Source of the DNA: Perkinsus olseni
Taxonomy: Eukaryota
Direction of reading: 5' to 3'
NCBI GenBank assembly: GCA_013115125.1
Contig: JABANN010000177.1
Span: 1 to 56,801, forward strand
Length of the DNA: 56,801 nt
The position numbers were made by a program, and so were the translations under genes. Below are positions 52,257-56,801 of the stretch, piece after piece. The notes beneath the pieces are model-generated. The model saw nothing but the letters and a program-made list of their open reading frames with translations. It ran no database searches and was not told where the DNA came from. Positions within the stretch are counted from its first letter, which is position 1, and each line of letters begins with the position of its first letter.

Positions 52257-55143
52257 ATGTCCCTCAACCTGCTCAGGGCGAGCATAGACTCCCGAGCGTC
52301 CGAGCGTTCTCATCGACGTAGTCAACGACATTCTAGCGCGTCTGCTCTCAGGTGAGGCATATCCTTTGAGTTGATTCCAGTCAGCTCCTTCCTACGGCGG
52401 TGTTAATGCGAGACTTGTTCCTCTGCTGCCTTTCAGGCGATCAAAGTCATCCATATTCGGGAATAGTCGCAGATCTCTGAATAAATCGAGGTCTATGGGC
52501 CGTAGTCAGGAGCCGTCCCGAACGGCAGAGGTAAGCTACAGTACGCGCAATCTAGAGAGTGCAAAACTGTTCAGTGCGAGAACTTTTTATCTACGACGAG
52601 TTTTAGCCTCAAACTTCTCTTGTACTCCTTCTCTCCGCGTCATGCCAGATGTCCTCATGTAGGCTTGTCGCCATATTTTATCCACTGCTGATGAATACTA
52701 CAGAGCAGGGTATCAGCGTCAGGCTCAGCGGTTCGCTAAGATGTGCATAGACACATGTAAAGACAGCGCACCGTTGTCCGACGGGGACAACCAGCGTCAG
52801 TTCCGGGAGACAGAATTACGAGCATGGCTGCTGTTTTGCATGAGCCTCGGCCGGGCCGGGTGCCATGCTCAGGCGGTTTCGAAGGGCCTCGAGTGTGGCG
52901 AGCGAATGGAAACTCTGCTGACGGGCGACGGGCGGGGGGAGAATAGTCTCTGTAGAGTGATTCGAAGATTTTGGGACGAAGACAAATATGAGGTCCCTCC
53001 TAAGAGTGCGACATATAAACGAACTGAGAATCTCGTACACCGGTTCCTGGAGGACCGGAAAAATCAAAGATTGGAGCTTGGACGTTGCGCGAGCCATTTA
53101 CTGGAAGCGGATGACGAGGACTCTACTGCTGTGACACTGCTGGGTACACTGTGGCAGGTGGTGGGCACTGAGATGCAGCATTGCGGTGGCAGACCGTTCG
53201 GACTGGGGCACAAGCTAGCTAGGGAGCTGGTCTATTCTGGATGGGAGCTGATCGCTGCTGTGAAAGGAGAAGACAGCTTCGATGAGCGACGAGCCCATGA
53301 TGCTCTCAGTCACTTTCTCGAACAGAAGAGCACATCGTTTGGGGAAAGGTCCGTCGAATCCCTGCAAAACTCGAAGTCATCGATGAGAACCCGAACTGCC
53401 TCGACAATAGCTCCTTCATCCACTGCGACCTCGGGCATGTACACTAGGAGCATCGAAGATAGTACACGGAGTCGTAGTGGTAGGCTCGGATCGAGGCCCG
53501 GTACAGACTTCCGCGATGACCGTCCGAACAGTATGTTCTCGCTGCCGCGGCCAACGACGACTGTGAGGCAGAAGAGCTTCCGGCCACAAGACAGCTGCAG
53601 CGATGAGCATGCCTCCGCAGTCACATACGACTCTGCATGTGATGTTCTTGTTGCCATCACCATCAACAGAGCACTGCTCCGACGTGATGAGGAATCTCTT
53701 CGCCAGGCATTAGCCTTCATCAGCGATCAGGGTCGTGAAGCGAGCTTCCAGCTCATGGCTGATCGTCTGAGGTCCGAGCTGAAGTCGGTCAAGCGGGAGA
53801 GGGAAACTAGAAGGCTCAAAGAATATCTCGCCGGAATTCGGGGGGAAGATACCGACATATTTGAACTACTGGAGGTGATAGACGGACTCCCAAGCAGTGT
53901 ATGGTCGTCGCCTGAGCACTCTCGTCTGCTCCGAGAGCTGCAGAAGTGTGTGGAGAAGCGATTGCAAAAGGCTATTGAAACGAAGTGTGTCGATAAGATC
54001 CAAACTGCAATCGATGAGGTCTCCCAAATCTTAACAACAGGAGCTCATCTGAACTATGGCGTGAACTCGGCTATCTTGCACGCAAAGGGAGAGCTCAATC
54101 GATTGCGATCCAACGACAAGCGTGAGCGCCCTTCCTGCGTGCCGAGCAAACCAGATAGTGACGTGAATTCTGACGCGGATAGAGAAATTTCGAAGCTACC
54201 ACTTGGGAAAGTTGCTACGGACAACTCTAACGAACAACGAGCGGTGGACGTAGAACAAGCACTGCCGCTAGGTGAGCTCGAGCGACTCGGACCGGTGGAT
54301 GGGGTACGACAAGCTCTCACGCACCGCTTCGGCTCGCTGACGGCAGCATACTACCATTTCTGCGACGATGAGAAGAACTTTAGGCTGATGAGTCCCTTCA
54401 AGTTCAGGAGAGCTCTCGAAGAAGAGCTGAACGTTCCGTGGGAAGTATGCGCTGGCCACTCAGATTTTCGACAGTTTTTCGACGAGTTTGAATTGGAAAA
54501 GAACGGCGACCTGGGAGCCCCAGGGCTCATCGGTTTCGTCCCGTCGGAGGAACATGATACTCCCGAGGTCGAATGGAAGCGCTATTTACATATCAAAGCT
54601 GCTAGCAACGCGAGATGCGAGACCTTCGCGCTCAATGGACGGCGATCACCCAGGTGGGACAACAAGGAGGAGTACCTCAGCATCATGAACAATCTCAAAG
54701 ACAAGCCTGCCACTCAAGAAATGAAGCTACGGGACTTCTGGAGAAATCAAGACAATCTACTATCTTGGAAAAGCAGGAAAACTGAAATGGAGAGGGAGTT
54801 CCGCTTCTCACGTTTGAGGTCGAAAAAGCAACCGCAGAAGACAAAGCGGCTTCCACCCCTCACCGAACAAATAACGCGTGATTTAGCAAAGAAAGGGGCG
54901 ATAGCGGAGAGTGAGAAAAAGTCAGAGGAGGCACGATCTTTGCGAGTACAAGGATTCATCAAAGATATGTACCAATCCCGAAAAGATCTGATGGACACGT
55001 CGAAGAAGCTCAGAAACGAGCTGGAGACTGCGGACCCCAACCGATTCAGAGGTTTATTGCTCGGGCCGGGCGGCGACGAAGATGGCGGCGGAGCCGGGTT
55101 CTTCTCGTATTTTAGTGACGCCTTCAGCAAAAGCCAAGAATGA
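52257..55143 (+). CDS. Large hypothetical protein with coiled-coil and degenerate EF-hand-like regions
   Basis: 800-aa open terminal exon (52741-55143), probably preceded by short exons from ATG 52257. RFGSLTAAYYHF and FRQFFDEFELEKNGDL resemble EF-hand pairs. Confidence 0.75.
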
Positions 55144-55422
55144 GATTGGGTGAATAAACGTTGTTATCATGATAAGTTGTATAATGTAACCTTCCCACAC
55201 TGTTTCTTCAAGTTTTCACAAGAGGAGCCATTCTACCACACTTTAAAGCACTGTGGTCAGAGGAGACGCCATATATCCTGTCCCAGCCCATAACTTCTAT
55301 AACTAAAGACTGGACATATTCACGAGAAAACTACGATATTGACGGCATCATGAGGTTTAGTCTAAAATTGAGTCAGCTACGGAGATTAGAACATTGAGGA
55401 ATTAGACGGTATATGTGAGAAT

Positions 55423-55845
55423 CTAGCAGTAATAGGGCTCGCCCTCACAATGCTTATCAGTGGGAGCGAAGCATAGGGAACCATCAGCCTTCGTGATAAT
55501 ACCGAAACACACCTTGGGATCCTGCCACGTCTTGCAGTACGATCCCCACTTGGACATACGGCACTGGTCAAGGTCGTTGCAAACGTCCTGACAGGTGGGC
55601 TCGGGCACTTCATGCTCAGGACAGTAGACGGGCATTAGAGTAATGTCATCACACGACTCTTGGTCGGCAGGTTGGAAGCAATAACCATCATCCTTGTGGT
55701 AGAAACCGAATCAGACGCCGTTGCTCTTGCAGTAGGACCCGTACTTGGAGGCGGCGCATGCCTCATGCGACTCGCACATATCTTGACAGGTGGAATAGGT
55801 GGCGGAGGCGCCAACGATGATAGCGAAAAAGGCGGCAGAATTCAT
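55423..55845 (-). CDS. Secreted Cys-rich two-repeat protein with an in-frame TGA at codon 45 (recoded gene or pseudogene)
   Basis: MNSAAFFAIIVGASA signal peptide; repeat 1 TCQDMCESHEACAASKYGSYCKSNGV*FGFYHKDDGYCFQP; repeat 2 TCQDVCNDLDQCRMSKWGSYCKTWQDPKVCFGIITKADGSLCFAP. Intronless. Confidence 0.8.
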
Positions 55846-56801
55846 AGAGGAGACCGATAAAAAGGATCAAACTAGCGAGGTGATCCTGTGCATTCGGCGA
55901 AGAACTGAAGATCCTGCTTACCTAAGTCATGATGGTCCAATCTCTCCAACTTGAAATCGGCGAAATCAAGCGAAGGGGGGATGGAATCTTACGAAACGCA
56001 TTCAAGATCCTTCCCACTGCGCGGGATGTATCTTCAACAAGATGCGCCACAGTTTTCAGGTTTCACGACACTTCCGCTACCACGAAGTTGCTCCAAACGA
56101 TGTAGAGCCGACGAAAACTCGCAAGCCATAGGCGCCTCGGCTCCTTCGCTCCCACAAAGCGAGTTGCTTGTTCCGCTACTGTTCTAATTCATTCCCAACA
56201 TAGCCCAGGCGAACGCACATGTCTCGGGGACGAGGTCGTAAGTCAGTCGGCTCAGCTGCTCTGCGCACTGTCAGCATCCGCATGACATGGCCCAGATTCA
56301 TATGACTCGACCCAAAACTAGAATTACCACGTGAAAATGAAGAAAAAATGAGCTGCGACAAATCATATGCTTGTGCGCAATCAGAGTGTGCTGCTACAAC
56401 ACCCGAGCTTCCTCGCCGGATTGATGCCGTGATACTCCTTGTGGAGCAGATGGGCGATATGCTCCCAACGATCTCCGCCGAAGAATGTGTGTGGCTTGTC
56501 GCACGCATGGACGACGATGGTAGGCGAACCGAAGGAGTGATACTTCTGAAAATGGAAGTGTCCGATACATCGAACTTCCGACCCGGCCGACCTCCAATGC
56601 CTCGTCTGTCGCCTGAACAAGGTCGGCCTTACCAACCGTCTTTGACTCCTCGATCACCTTCTCGGCGGCTGTTCCGTCCAGACCAGCGCTCCCGCATATC
56701 CCACTGATGCGTCTCTCGGCGCATAGTTGTGTTATCTTGGGCGAGCGATACTATTGTTCACATTTGATAGTCTTAATTGGTCGTCTTAGTTAAGTAATCA
56801 T

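Noticed and set aside
55951..56707. ORFs near the window end, including the 119-aa ORF 56348-56707
   Set aside because: No family similarity recognised and the context is cut off by the window edge.

Overview
Gene-dense, intron-rich eukaryotic DNA with many short (~40-70 nt) spliceosomal introns. It most resembles a perkinsid alveolate (Perkinsus-like); this is inferred from intron style, the intronless subtilisins and a Cys-rich secreted repeat protein, not from a database match. Most entries in the ORF track are exon fragments or antisense shadows. Recognisable spliced genes, in order: IFT80, a helical hypothetical protein, a conserved HEAT/ARM protein, ribonucleotide reductase large subunit, a DNAJC9-like J-protein, ISD11/LYRM4, phosphomannomutase, an ATP-grasp-like protein, a PPPDE/DeSI peptidase, SNF1/AMPK alpha, a WW+LRR protein, a hypothetical protein, two tandem sphingosine-kinase-like paralogs, a myo-inositol 2-dehydrogenase-like enzyme, poly(A) polymerase, an SLC35-like transporter and a large EF-hand-like protein. 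There are also two intronless tandem subtilisins (the second frameshifted), an intact tRNA-Leu(UAA) nested in an intron, and two degenerate tRNA-Arg-like sequences. The most notable observations are an in-frame UGA at a conserved Cys position in a two-repeat secreted protein, a gene-conversion tract between the subtilisins, GC-AG introns, several oversized structured introns that may host ncRNAs, and long unidirectional gene blocks. No clearly new multi-gene system could be established. Boundaries of spliced genes were read by eye and are approximate.
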